NCBI GenBank assembly: GCA_046539845.1
Contig: JBKHGE010000001.1
Location: 62,001 to 126,000, forward strand
Direction: 5' to 3'
DNA: 64,000 nucleotides
DNA from: Desulfonatronovibrionaceae bacterium
Lineage (GTDB): Bacteria > Desulfobacterota > Desulfovibrionia > Desulfovibrionales > Desulfonatronovibrionaceae
The position numbers were made by a program, and so were the translations under genes. The notes beneath the pieces were generated by a model. The model worked only from the letters and a program-made list of their open reading frames with translations. It was not told where the DNA came from and ran no database searches. This document shows, piece after piece, positions 39,568-48,994 of the stretch (positions within the stretch are counted from its first letter, which is position 1; each line of letters starts with the position of its first letter).

Positions 39568-40488
39568 TTAGCCGCCTATGAGCTGCATGGCCATCTGCGG
39601 CAGGGAGTTGGCCTGGGCCAGCATGGCCACCGCGGACTGGGACTTAATCTGGTTCCGGGTGAACTCGGTCATCTCCGTGGCCACGTCCACGTCCGAAATC
39701 CGGGACTCCGCAGCCTGCAAATTCTCGCCCTGGGTCTCCAGGTTGGAGATGGTGTTTTCCAGCCTGTTCTGCAGCGCCCCCAGATTGGCCCGGATGTTGT
39801 CCTTGGACAAAATGGCCTCGTTCAGCCCGGTCAGGGCATTCTGGGCCGCGGACTGCGTGGACACGGTGTACCCGGCGGAGGTGGTAGCCGCCTGATTGCC
39901 AACGCCCAGCGCGGAGGCAGTGGAATTGTTGATGGCGATGTAGTAGTAGTCCTCGGCCGAGTCATTGGCGGTGCCGAAATGGACCTTCAGCGGACCGGCG
40001 GACGTCATCCCGGAACCGCTGTGGTCTGTGGCCCAATTGGCCACCCCGGCCGTGCCTGCTGAAAGATTGCCGTTTAAGAGCTGAATGCCGTTAAAGTCGG
40101 TGGCGTTAGCGATTCGGGTGATCTCCGAGGCCATGGCCTGATACTCGGAATCAATGATCAGCCGCTGATCCGAGGTATAGGTACCGGTGGCCGCCTGTTC
40201 AGCCAATTCCTTCATCCGGATCAGCTTCTCGTCAATGACCTGCAGGGCGCCGTCCGCGGTCTGGATCATGGAAATAGCGTCGTTGGCATTACGCACGCCC
40301 TGATTGAGCGAGGCAATGTCCGCGCGCATCAGCTCGCGAATGGCCAGTCCAGCCGCGTCATCCGCAGCAGAGTTGATTCTCAGCCCGGAGGAGAGTTTCT
40401 CCGTGGAACTGGACAGGTCGGAATACGCGGTGGACAGGTTCCGAGCCGAATTCATAGCCATTAAATTGTGATTGATAACCAGAGACAT
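39568..40488 (-). CDS. fliC: Flagellin
   Basis: MSLVINHN, LSSGLRINSAADDAAGLAI, RANLGALQNRLE, SRISDVDVATEM. Confidence 0.97.
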   Translation of the reverse strand: MSLVINHNLMAMNSARNLSTAYSDLSSSTEKLSSGLRINSAADDAAGLAIRELMRADIASLNQGVRNANDAISMIQTADGALQVIDEKLIRMKELAEQAATGTYTSDQRLIIDSEYQAMASEITRIANATDFNGIQLLNGNLSAGTAGVANWATDHSGSGMTSAGPLKVHFGTANDSAEDYYYIAINNSTASALGVGNQAATTSAGYTVSTQSAAQNALTGLNEAILSKDNIRANLGALQNRLENTISNLETQGENLQAAESRISDVDVATEMTEFTRNQIKSQSAVAMLAQANSLPQMAMQLIGG

Positions 40489-40512
40489 AACAATTCCTCC
40501 TTGATTTTTTCC

Positions 40513-40530
40513 GGCGGCTTCCTTGCCGCC
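40513..40530 (-). promoter_or_regulatory. CsrA-type GGA-loop hairpin in the fliC 5' UTR
   Basis: mRNA reads GGCGGC-AAGGAA-GCCGCC, just upstream of an SD that also contains AGGA. Confidence 0.65.
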
Positions 40531-40547
40531 CCTTGACCTTGCTCTCT

Positions 40548-40574
40548 TTATCGGCAGGCGGAGGAATTACTTTA
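40548..40574 (-). promoter_or_regulatory. Sigma28 (FliA) promoter of fliC
   Basis: Minus strand reads TAAA-N15-GCCGATAA, the exact consensus. Confidence 0.9.
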
Positions 40575-40678
40575 GGGATGGATATTCGGCTTTTTCCCTG
40601 CACCTCTAACCGGCTGGCGGTGCGGGGAAAAGGTAGTTATACCTATCAGCAAAAAAAAGATAAAGGCGGGGCCGGAGA

Positions 40679-41182
40679 CTATGTCCTCTGGCCCCGGAAG
40701 GAGGCCAGGCAGCTTTCAATGCACGCCTCGCAGTTTTCACATCTGCCGTGTTCTCCGCACTGGCGGTAAAAGGCCTTGAGCCAGTCATTCCCGGTCCTGG
40801 GGCAAACCTGGATAAACTGGATAAAACTAATGAGCTTCTCCATGGCCTGATCGTCAATATGGTGTTCGATGCGGCAGGCGTTTTCCTCAGCCGCCTTTAA
40901 AGGCAGCCCCAGGACCTTATCCAAAAACTCGGACAAGACCTTGTGCCGATGAACCACCTTGGCCGCCACTCGAAAACCCTCCGGGGTCAGTGTGACCGAG
41001 CTGTAGGGCTGATAGTTTATAAGCCCCTTCTCGGCTAGGGTACGCATGGCCCCGGTCACCGACGCCCTTTGCACCCCCAGGCTGTCGGCGATCTCTGAAG
41101 GCCTAGCCCCTCGGTTCTGCTTGGTCTCCAGCTGGAATATCCTCTCCAGATAGTCTTCCAGGCTCGGTGTCAGTTCGTTCAT
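40679..41182 (-). CDS. DtxR/MntR-family metal-dependent regulator with Cys-rich tail
   Basis: SLEDYLE, HTH, HRHKVL..FL, ENACRIEH, C-terminal CGEHGRCENCEACIESC. Confidence 0.9.
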   Translation of the reverse strand: MNELTPSLEDYLERIFQLETKQNRGARPSEIADSLGVQRASVTGAMRTLAEKGLINYQPYSSVTLTPEGFRVAAKVVHRHKVLSEFLDKVLGLPLKAAEENACRIEHHIDDQAMEKLISFIQFIQVCPRTGNDWLKAFYRQCGEHGRCENCEACIESCLASFRGQRT

Positions 41183-41256
41183 AAAGATATATTAGGCCAA
41201 AAAAATGGATTTCGCAAACAATTATTGGCGCAGAGCACTCCTAGCCGGGGAAAGGA

Positions 41257-41988
41257 TTACTCGCCCAAGACTTGCTTTCTGGCCTGATCCAAATCCAGTC
41301 CCCGGGCGGCGGCAATTGAATCCAGATTTTCCTCCGCATCTGAAGGACGGAGATAGAGCAGGGGAGAAAAGCCCTGCCCATAGTCGGCACAAGCCGCCTC
41401 CCGGATCAGGACCCCGGCTGGCGGATCATTCAAAAAGGCAGGGAGCACAGACACGGACCGGCTGTCCGGGACCAGCTCGGGATTTCTGGTCACCCCAGAG
41501 CCGAAGAGTGCGCACTTATTCTCCCGCTCCAGCGCACGCCGCATATCGGGGACAGAATACACCCCGGCCGGGCCGTCCGCCTTGCCACTGGGGCAGACAA
41601 ATCTCTGGGCATAGACCTGCTTTTTCCGGGAATGAACTATACACCACAGGCAGGAATCAAGTAATGCGGCAGGGGTACAAGCAAGCAGGGGGAGATAATC
41701 AAGGCCGGCCGTCGGGAGTTTTGCGGCCCGGGCCAAGCCCAGGACATGGGCCAGGGCGACCCGGAGTCCGGTAAAGCTCCCCGGCCCCCGGACATAGGCG
41801 ATCCCGCTCAGCTGAGCCGGCTCTATGCTGCAAAAGCGCAGACCGCGTCTTAGAGACGGGGCAAGCAAAGGCATGGATCCACCGGCTGAGTTGAATGTCT
41901 CGCTCCAGAGCACCCCGGTTTGACTGCCCATAACCAGCTGCAGGCGAGTTTCGACGCAATTGACCGCCACATAGACGGGTTCAGCCAA
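41257..41988 (-). CDS. tsaB: tRNA threonylcarbamoyladenosine biosynthesis protein TsaB
   Basis: RGPGSFTGLRV, P.YLRPSDAE. Probable TTG start overlapping the rseP stop, with a GGAGG SD. Confidence 0.88.
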   Translation of the reverse strand: MAEPVYVAVNCVETRLQLVMGSQTGVLWSETFNSAGGSMPLLAPSLRRGLRFCSIEPAQLSGIAYVRGPGSFTGLRVALAHVLGLARAAKLPTAGLDYLPLLACTPAALLDSCLWCIVHSRKKQVYAQRFVCPSGKADGPAGVYSVPDMRRALERENKCALFGSGVTRNPELVPDSRSVSVLPAFLNDPPAGVLIREAACADYGQGFSPLLYLRPSDAEENLDSIAAARGLDLDQARKQVLGE

Positions 41989-43045
41989 AACTCCTCCACA
42001 AATCATTGAATATGGCCAGTCCCATCAAGGCTACCAGCAGGGCCAGGCCGATTTTGGTGGCTGCTGCCTGCAGCCTTTCATCCAGTGGCCGGCGCAGGAT
42101 GCCTTCAATGGCGAAAAAAACAATGTGCCCCCCGTCCAGGACCGGAATGGGCAAGAGGTTCAACAGACCCAGATTGATACTGATAAGCGCGGTTATGCCC
42201 AAAAGGTTTACCAGGCCTTCCTCGGCCTGCTGACTGACCACCTGGGCGATCATAATCGGGCCGCCAATATTGTCCAAAGGGATGACCCGCTCGATAAGCT
42301 TTACTATCCCCTTTACAGTAAGCACGGTCAGCCTCCAGGTCTGCTGGCCCGCGGCCACCAGCGAGCCGGCCGGGGTAAGAGAAGAGTACACGGTCTCTCC
42401 TGAGGCGGCCACTCCGATCTGGGGGACTTCCTTTGTTTCTCCGAAGATATTTTTCCTCTCTATCATCTCCGGGATGACTTTTATCCGACGGATATCCCCC
42501 TCCCGCTGCACGGTCAAAACAAGGCGGGAGCCTTCGCTGTCCTTTATCCGCGTGGCCAAATCCTCCCAATACTCGATCTTATGCCCGTTGACCGCGGTGA
42601 CCACATCCCCGGATTTAAGGCCGGCCTCATGTGCAGGGAGATCCGGGTCTACTTCGCCTACCTGGGGCATGAGATGCATCTGCCCCTGGGCCAGAAAGAC
42701 CCCCCAGTAGATCAAAAAGGCGAGGAGGAAATTAAACGCCGGACCGGCACCGACCACCATTATCCGCTGCCATACCGGGCGCAGACTAAAGCTGTCCTTT
42801 TCCGTGAACCCTTCCGGGAGCTCAGCGTCCACGGATTCGCCCACGAGCTGCACATAACCGCCCAGAGGGACAGCGGCCACCCGATAGTCGGTCCGTCCGG
42901 ATCCAAAGCCGAAAATCCGGGGGCCAAAACCCAGGGAGAATGTAGATACCCCGATCTTTAAGACCCTGGCGGCCAGAAAATGCCCCAGCTCATGGAAAAA
43001 AATCAAAAGGCCCAAGACCAAAATAACTGCAACAACGCTGTACAT
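41981..43045 (-). CDS. rseP: RIP metalloprotease RseP
   Basis: HELGH, PLGGYV, PDZ domain, NLLPIPVLDGG. Confidence 0.95.
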   Translation of the reverse strand: MYSVVAVILVLGLLIFFHELGHFLAARVLKIGVSTFSLGFGPRIFGFGSGRTDYRVAAVPLGGYVQLVGESVDAELPEGFTEKDSFSLRPVWQRIMVVGAGPAFNFLLAFLIYWGVFLAQGQMHLMPQVGEVDPDLPAHEAGLKSGDVVTAVNGHKIEYWEDLATRIKDSEGSRLVLTVQREGDIRRIKVIPEMIERKNIFGETKEVPQIGVAASGETVYSSLTPAGSLVAAGQQTWRLTVLTVKGIVKLIERVIPLDNIGGPIMIAQVVSQQAEEGLVNLLGITALISINLGLLNLLPIPVLDGGHIVFFAIEGILRRPLDERLQAAATKIGLALLVALMGLAIFNDLWRSFG

Positions 43046-43047
43046 AG

Positions 43048-44250
43048 CTATATTACCTGCTCCACACGCAAGACCTCCCGCACTTCCCGGTCCAGGGCGA
43101 AGACATCTTCCAGAGAGGATATCTCCCGGCCGGGAAAGGCATCCAAAGCCCAGCGCACTATTTCCGAGATGTGCATAAAAGAAATTTTTTCCTGTAAGAA
43201 GGCCTCCACCGCTGCCTCATTGGCTGCATTCAAAACAATGGGCAGGCTGTCCCGGCCGTTGAGGCAACCCAGAGCGAGGGCCAGGCAGGGGAAGATATCC
43301 CCGGAAGGCCTTTCAAATGTCAACTTGCCTGCTGCAGCCAGATCCAGGCGACTTACACCGCACTCGGCCCGGTCCGGGTAAAACAGGCAGTAGCCGAGCG
43401 GTGATTTCATGTCCGGGACGCCCAGATGGGCGAGCATGCTCCCGTCGCAGTATTCCACAAGGGAATGGACAATGCTCTGGGGATGGACGACCACGGAAAT
43501 CTCCTCGGGGCCAAGCCCGAACAGATGGTGGGCCTCTATCACCTCCAGGCCTTTGTTCATCATGGTCGCCGAGTCCACGCTGATCTTGGCCCCCATGGAC
43601 CAGTTCGGATGATTCAGGGCCTGATCCGGAGTGACACCGGCCAGTTCTTCCCTGGAAAAGGTGCGGAAAGGACCGCCGGATGCAGTCAAAACCACGCTGC
43701 ACACCCGGGATTCATGTCCGGGATGCAGGCACTGGAAAACCGCGTTGTGCTCGGAGTCCACAGGCAAAATCACCGCCCCGCTCGCCCGGGCTTCCCTCCG
43801 CAAGAGCCTGCCCGCCAGAACAAGAGATTCTTTGTTGGCCAAAAGCACGGTCTTGCCCTTTTTCACTGCGGTATAAGCAGGCAGAAGCCCGGAGGCACCC
43901 ACCTGGGCACAGAGGATCATATCCGCCTTCTCCAGGCCAGCCAGCTCGACGTATCCCCGCTCCCCGGCCACAATGTCCGGGCAGTAGCCGGCCGGCAGGC
44001 GGGCGCGCAGCAAGGGGATCATATCCGCCTGCAAAACCCCCAGACATTCCGGCCTGAACTCAGCGGCCTGCTTGGCCAGAAGATCTATGTTCCTGGCCCC
44101 GGCCAGGCCCAGAACCCGGAATTTCCGGCTATGGCCCCGGATAACCTCTAAGGCGTTGGTCCCGATGGAACCAGTGCTCCCCAGGATGGATATCCTCCGG
44201 GTTTGGCTTGGCTCGATTTTTGGCTGGAGTGTGCTTATATAATCCATCAT
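43048..44250 (-). CDS. dxr: 1-deoxy-D-xylulose-5-phosphate reductoisomerase
   Basis: LGSTGSIG, LANKESLV, PVDSEH, HPNWSMGAKISVDSATMMNKGLE. Confidence 0.97.
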   Translation of the reverse strand: MMDYISTLQPKIEPSQTRRISILGSTGSIGTNALEVIRGHSRKFRVLGLAGARNIDLLAKQAAEFRPECLGVLQADMIPLLRARLPAGYCPDIVAGERGYVELAGLEKADMILCAQVGASGLLPAYTAVKKGKTVLLANKESLVLAGRLLRREARASGAVILPVDSEHNAVFQCLHPGHESRVCSVVLTASGGPFRTFSREELAGVTPDQALNHPNWSMGAKISVDSATMMNKGLEVIEAHHLFGLGPEEISVVVHPQSIVHSLVEYCDGSMLAHLGVPDMKSPLGYCLFYPDRAECGVSRLDLAAAGKLTFERPSGDIFPCLALALGCLNGRDSLPIVLNAANEAAVEAFLQEKISFMHISEIVRWALDAFPGREISSLEDVFALDREVREVLRVEQVI

Positions 44251-44265
44251 TGGTCCGGAAAAAAA

Positions 44266-45069
44266 TCAAAAAAAAGGCATCAGGCGGGCAAAAAGGGCGT
44301 AAACAGGGACCAGAAACAAAAGGCTGTCGATGCGGTCCAGAATCCCCCCGTGCCCCGGGAGAAGGCTCCCGGAATCCTTGATCTTGCACCGCCGCTTTAC
44401 TGCGGAGACGAAAAAATCCCCTAGCTGGGCGGCAACACCCAGTAACGCACCCAGGACCATAAACCGCCACCAGAGCACCTCTCCCCATATCACCCCGATA
44501 ATAAGCGCGGCCAAAACAGAAGCGGCCAAACCGGCAAAACTGCCCAGCCAGGTCTTTTTCGGGCTTATTACCGGCCATATGCGCTGTTTTCCAAACCAGG
44601 TGCCCAGATAATAGGCAGCGGTATCCCCGCAGATGGCGCAGGCCAGGACCAATAACACCTCTTGAGGCAGAAATCCGACAAAAAAGCGCAAAACAAGCGG
44701 AATATACAGAAGCCCGGCCAAGGCCACGGTAAAATCTGTGCCCTCGGCCCTCTCCCCGGTCAGACTGTACTGAAGCAGAAAAAAGAGCCCGAAAACACAA
44801 AAAATAAGCACCAGGGAGATGTGCAGATAGGCCTCGAACACGGGCTGGGGGATGAGCAGGAGAAAACCGGCCGCCAATATGGCCGCCATTTTCAAAGGCA
44901 GGTTCTTTTTGTTCGGCCAGAAAAAAGAGTAGAACTCCCAGAGACCGCAAACAGAAATCGCAAAAAGGGTGAGACGCACGGCCAGGCCTCCGATTCCGGC
45001 CACAGCCAATAAAAGCAGAAGCAAGACCGCGGCGGTTACGAGGCGCTTTACATGAGAGGCACCAGACAT
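44266..45069 (-). CDS. cdsA: Phosphatidate cytidylyltransferase
   Basis: ISPKKTW.G, GDFFVS..KR...IKDSG.LLPGHGGILDRIDS. Confidence 0.95.
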   Translation of the reverse strand: MSGASHVKRLVTAAVLLLLLLAVAGIGGLAVRLTLFAISVCGLWEFYSFFWPNKKNLPLKMAAILAAGFLLLIPQPVFEAYLHISLVLIFCVFGLFFLLQYSLTGERAEGTDFTVALAGLLYIPLVLRFFVGFLPQEVLLVLACAICGDTAAYYLGTWFGKQRIWPVISPKKTWLGSFAGLAASVLAALIIGVIWGEVLWWRFMVLGALLGVAAQLGDFFVSAVKRRCKIKDSGSLLPGHGGILDRIDSLLFLVPVYALFARLMPFF

Positions 45070-45765
45070 CTATATATCCCCGAATCTGCGCTGCCTGCGG
45101 CTGAAATCCTCCAGGGCGGCGGACAATTCCTCCGGCCCGAAATCCGGCCACAGGACATCGGTGAAATAAAACTCGGTATACGCGGCCTGATAAAGGAGAT
45201 AATTGCTCAGACGCTTCTCCCCGCTGGTCCTGATGACCAGGTCCGGATCCGGTTGCCCTGCGGTATACAGATATCCGGAAAACATATCCTCGTCCACGCG
45301 GCCCGGAACCACTCCCTCAGAAAGCAATCTGCGGCAGGCGCGGACTATCTCATGCCTTCCGGAATAGTTGAGGGCGAGATTAAGCTGCATGCCGCTGTTG
45401 CCCGCTGTCTTGGAGCAAACCTGTTCCACCACCCTTTTGGTCATCCGGGGCAAAGGGTCCACATCACCCAGGATATTGAGCCGGATATCCCGCTCCATCA
45501 GGGTAGAGAGCTCCTTTTTCAAAAATTTTTTCAACAGATCGAAAAGAAAGGAGACTTCCTCCCTGGGCCGGCTCCAGTTCTCCCGGGAAAAGGTGTACAG
45601 AGTCAGATATTCGATTCCGCTTTTGCGGCAGTATTTGACCACTTCCCTGGCCGCCTCAGTGCCGGCCCTATGGCCTTCGCTTCTGGGTAGGGCACGTTCT
45701 TTGGCCCAGCGGCCGTTCCCGTCCATTATTATTGCCAAGTGGCGCGGCAGCCTATCTGTTTGCAG
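45070..45765 (-). CDS. uppS: Undecaprenyl diphosphate synthase; probable CTG start
   Basis: PRHLAIIMDGNGRWA, FSRENWSRP, RTSGEKRLSNYL. Upstream of the conserved P-x-H only CTG codons are available before an in-frame TAA. Confidence 0.93.
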   Translation of the reverse strand: MQTDRLPRHLAIIMDGNGRWAKERALPRSEGHRAGTEAAREVVKYCRKSGIEYLTLYTFSRENWSRPREEVSFLFDLLKKFLKKELSTLMERDIRLNILGDVDPLPRMTKRVVEQVCSKTAGNSGMQLNLALNYSGRHEIVRACRRLLSEGVVPGRVDEDMFSGYLYTAGQPDPDLVIRTSGEKRLSNYLLYQAAYTEFYFTDVLWPDFGPEELSAALEDFSRRQRRFGDI

Positions 45766-45766
45766 A

Positions 45767-46321
45767 TCAGATCTCCATTATCTCTTTTTCTTTTTGCTCC
45801 AGGATATTCTGGATCTTTTCTACATACTCGTCCGTTATCTTCTGCACCTCCTCCTGACCCTTGTGCATTTCGTCCTCGGTCAGCTCCTTGTCGTTTTTCT
45901 TCTTTTTCAAGGCGTCGTTTTCGTCCCGGCGGATGTTGCGGACCACTATCTTGGCGTCCTCGGCCATCTTTTTGGCCTTTTTGACCATCTCCTTGCGCCT
46001 TTCTTCGGTCAGGGGGGGGATATTAATCCGGATCAGTTTGCCGTCATTCACCGGATTAAGACCCAAATCAGATTTGACTATGGCCTTTTCTATATCCGCA
46101 AATGCGTTGCGGTCCCAGGGCTGAATAGCAATGGTCCGGCTGTCCGGAGTGGACAGGGAGGCCAATTGATTCAAAGGGGTGGGCGTGCCGTAGTAGTCTA
46201 TACTTATGTCCTCGACCAAAGAACTCGAGGCCCGGCCGGTACGCAATTTGGCGAAATCCTTCTCCATACTCTGGACCGCCTTGTCCATCCTATCCCGACA
46301 ATCCTTGAGCGTCGCTTGCAT
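45767..46321 (-). CDS. frr: Ribosome recycling factor
   Basis: [32 protein letters not shown]. Start MQATLK. Confidence 0.97.
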   Translation of the reverse strand: MQATLKDCRDRMDKAVQSMEKDFAKLRTGRASSSLVEDISIDYYGTPTPLNQLASLSTPDSRTIAIQPWDRNAFADIEKAIVKSDLGLNPVNDGKLIRINIPPLTEERRKEMVKKAKKMAEDAKIVVRNIRRDENDALKKKKNDKELTEDEMHKGQEEVQKITDEYVEKIQNILEQKEKEIMEI

Positions 46322-46323
46322 AA

Positions 46324-47040
46324 CTAACCTCCTTGGACAATGGTTCCCACTTCTTCCCCGCAGACAACCTTTTTTATATTGCCCCGCTGAAAGAGGTCGA
46401 ATACTATTATGGGCATATGATTGTCCATACATAAAGATATGGCCGCTGAATCCATGACTCCGAGCTTATTCTGCAAGACCTCGATATAGTTTAAGTGCTC
46501 ATATTTAACCGCATCAGAGGATTTTTCCGGGTCCCGGTCATATATGCCATCCACTCGGGTGGCCTTGATTATGGCGCTGGCCTTGAGTTCCATGGCCCGG
46601 AGGGCTGCAGCCGTATCTGTGGTGAAATAGGGATTCCCAGTGCCTGCGGCGCAGATCACTACCCGCCCTTTTTCCAAGTGCCTTATCGCCCGGCGCCGGA
46701 TATACGGCTCAGCCACCTCACGCATGCTTATTGCAGTCATGACCCGGGTAGTCACCCCCAGCTCCTCCAGGGAATCCTGCACAGCCAGGGCATTCATCAC
46801 TGTGGCCAGCATGCCCATGTAATCGGCTGAGGCCCGGTCCATGCCGCTGGAAGAAGCGGAAACCCCGCGAAAAATATTGCCCCCGCCTATGACCATGGCT
46901 AGCTCTGCGCCCATATTGGCCACTTCAGCCAGCTCCTCACTGACAGTGGCAATGGTCTGGGGATCGATCCCAAATTTATCCGGACCGGCCAGGGCCTCGC
47001 CGCTCAATTTCAAAAGCACTCGCGGATATTTGATGTCCAT
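46324..47040 (-). CDS. pyrH: UMP kinase
   Basis: [27 protein letters not shown]. Confidence 0.97.
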   Translation of the reverse strand: MDIKYPRVLLKLSGEALAGPDKFGIDPQTIATVSEELAEVANMGAELAMVIGGGNIFRGVSASSSGMDRASADYMGMLATVMNALAVQDSLEELGVTTRVMTAISMREVAEPYIRRRAIRHLEKGRVVICAAGTGNPYFTTDTAAALRAMELKASAIIKATRVDGIYDRDPEKSSDAVKYEHLNYIEVLQNKLGVMDSAAISLCMDNHMPIIVFDLFQRGNIKKVVCGEEVGTIVQGG

Positions 47041-47188
47041 GCTCCCTCATCCGGTAACAGGTTTTAGGGGGGCCGGCAGAAGCCGGAGACTAAAAAACCT
47101 CTGCCGCTATCCAACTCTTGTCAATGGCGAACAAATGATCGTCACCCCCGCGGTCAATGGGGTGATCTTTATCCGACCGCTGCATATT

Positions 47189-47214
47189 AAAAAAGGGCCG
47201 CTCGGCCCTTTTTT
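47189..47214. terminator. Intrinsic terminator after tsf (symmetric A/T tails)
   Basis: AAAAAAGGGCCG-CT-CGGCCCTTTTTT. Confidence 0.8.
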
Positions 47215-47218
47215 GGAA

Positions 47219-48070
47219 TCAGGAGTCTTCCTCGCCCAGTCCAAGACGGACAAAGGAGCCTATGTCCAGCTCGTCGTCCACTGCCTGGCCCACCTCCCGG
47301 AGCAGATCCTCGATACTCTTGGAGTCGTCTTTGATAAAAGGCTGCTTTATGAGGCAGACTTCCTTATAATACTTATTTATCCTTCCCTCGACAATCTTGG
47401 CCGCTATATGCTCGGGCTTTCCTTCCTGCTCAGCCTGATGCATATAGATTTCCTTTTCCTTGTCCAAAAGATCCTGGGGTAGGTCCTCAAGATTTATACA
47501 CACCGGCGAGACCGCAGCGATCTGCATGCAAAGATCCTTGGCCAATTCCCGGACTTCGGACTTCTTACCGCTTTCCGGCTTTTTGGCCCGCAACTCGACC
47601 ATGGCCCCGATTTTGCCGTTGGCATGGATGTAAGAGCCGACTACGCCTTCCCCCTGGACCCGGAGATAACGGGACCGGCCAGGCTGCATATTCTCACCGA
47701 GCACCCCCACGAGTTCCTTTATTTTCTCCTCCACCGAAGGATCCAGCTCCTCGCTCCCGGAACTCAGGACCTGCCCGGCGACCTCCCGGGCCAAAGCAGA
47801 AAAATTCTCGTTCTTGGCCACGAAATCGGTCTCACACTTGAGCTCGAAAAGGGCCCCGCTTTTTCCGTCCTCTGAACCGGCAAAGGCAATCAGCCCCTCT
47901 GAGGTGGACCGCCCCGCCTTTTTCTGGGCTTTGGCCAGGCCTTTTTCCCTGAGCCAGGATACGGCCTTTTCCTCATCGCCCCCGGTATCCTCCAGGGCCT
48001 TTTTGCAATCCATCATGCCTGCGCCGGTCTTCTCCCGCAGGGCTTTTACCATTGAAGCGCTGACAGCCAT
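47219..48070 (-). CDS. tsf: Elongation factor Ts
   Basis: VKALREKTGAGMMDCKKAL, ELKCETDFVA. Confidence 0.97.
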   Translation of the reverse strand: MAVSASMVKALREKTGAGMMDCKKALEDTGGDEEKAVSWLREKGLAKAQKKAGRSTSEGLIAFAGSEDGKSGALFELKCETDFVAKNENFSALAREVAGQVLSSGSEELDPSVEEKIKELVGVLGENMQPGRSRYLRVQGEGVVGSYIHANGKIGAMVELRAKKPESGKKSEVRELAKDLCMQIAAVSPVCINLEDLPQDLLDKEKEIYMHQAEQEGKPEHIAAKIVEGRINKYYKEVCLIKQPFIKDDSKSIEDLLREVGQAVDDELDIGSFVRLGLGEEDS

Positions 48071-48855
48071 TATCCTTCCTCCTCGCTAACTTCGACTTCC
48101 TCTGGGGTTACTTCCACGGCCTGCTCAGGGATATCCGCGGACTCCTCTCCGGCCTCCTGTTCCCGGTCCTCGCGCCTGGCCAGGCCCTCCAGACAGGCGT
48201 CCGCGATGCTGGCGGTAAAGAGCTTTATGGCCCGGATGGCATCGTCATTCCCCGGGATCACATAATCAATGAGATCGGGATCACAATTGGTATCCACCAC
48301 AGCCACAATCGGGATCCCCAGTTTACGGCATTCCTTGACCGCTATTTCTTCCTTCTTGGGATCCACGATAAAGGCCACTCCAGGCAGATCCTCCATATCT
48401 TTGATCCCGCCCAGATTCATGTTCAGCTTCCTTACCTCTCGCTCCATCTCCACGATTTCCTTTTTCACGAAGCGGTTTACCGAGCCGTCCTCGAACATCT
48501 CCTCCAGCTTTTTGAGCCTGTCAATGCTGCCGCGGATGGTCTGGAAGTTGGTCAGGGTACCGCCCAGCCAGCGGTTGGTCACGTAATGCATGCCGCATCG
48601 TTTGGCCTCGGTCATGATTATCTCCCGGGCCTGTCTCTTGGTGCCCACGAATATGGCCTGCTTGCCCTCGGCCACGCGGTCCACGACAAAGTCATGCGCG
48701 TCCCGGAAAAGCTTGACCGTCTGCTGCAAATCAATGATGTGGATCCCTTTGCGGGCCCCGAAAATATACGGCCGCATTTTGGGATTCCATCTCCTGGTCT
48801 GATGACCGAAGTGCACTCCGGTCTCCAACATCTGTTTCATGTTCACATAAGCCAT
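48070..48855 (-). CDS. rpsB: 30S ribosomal protein S2
   Basis: [40 protein letters not shown]. Confidence 0.98.
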   Translation of the reverse strand: MAYVNMKQMLETGVHFGHQTRRWNPKMRPYIFGARKGIHIIDLQQTVKLFRDAHDFVVDRVAEGKQAIFVGTKRQAREIIMTEAKRCGMHYVTNRWLGGTLTNFQTIRGSIDRLKKLEEMFEDGSVNRFVKKEIVEMEREVRKLNMNLGGIKDMEDLPGVAFIVDPKKEEIAVKECRKLGIPIVAVVDTNCDPDLIDYVIPGNDDAIRAIKLFTASIADACLEGLARREDREQEAGEESADIPEQAVEVTPEEVEVSEEEG

Positions 48856-48869
48856 TAAAGTCCTCCTTT

Positions 48870-48932
48870 GGGTTGGTCCTCCGTTCGGGGATACCTGTAT
48901 TCAGGCACCCAAAGACGTTCCGAACGTGTGTT
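48870..48932 (-). ncRNA. rpsB 5' leader (t44-like, S2 autoregulatory structure)
   Basis: Minus strand reads ACACACGTTCGG...GGGTGCC...CCGAACGGAGG...AACCC, with CGTTCGG/CCGAACG pairing. Same landmarks as I recall for the E. coli rpsB leader. Confidence 0.7.
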
Positions 48933-48994
48933 TTTGAACCGGATGCCAATACTACAATTCGCTTCCGGATGCAAGGGTGAAATCAGGGGTGCGG

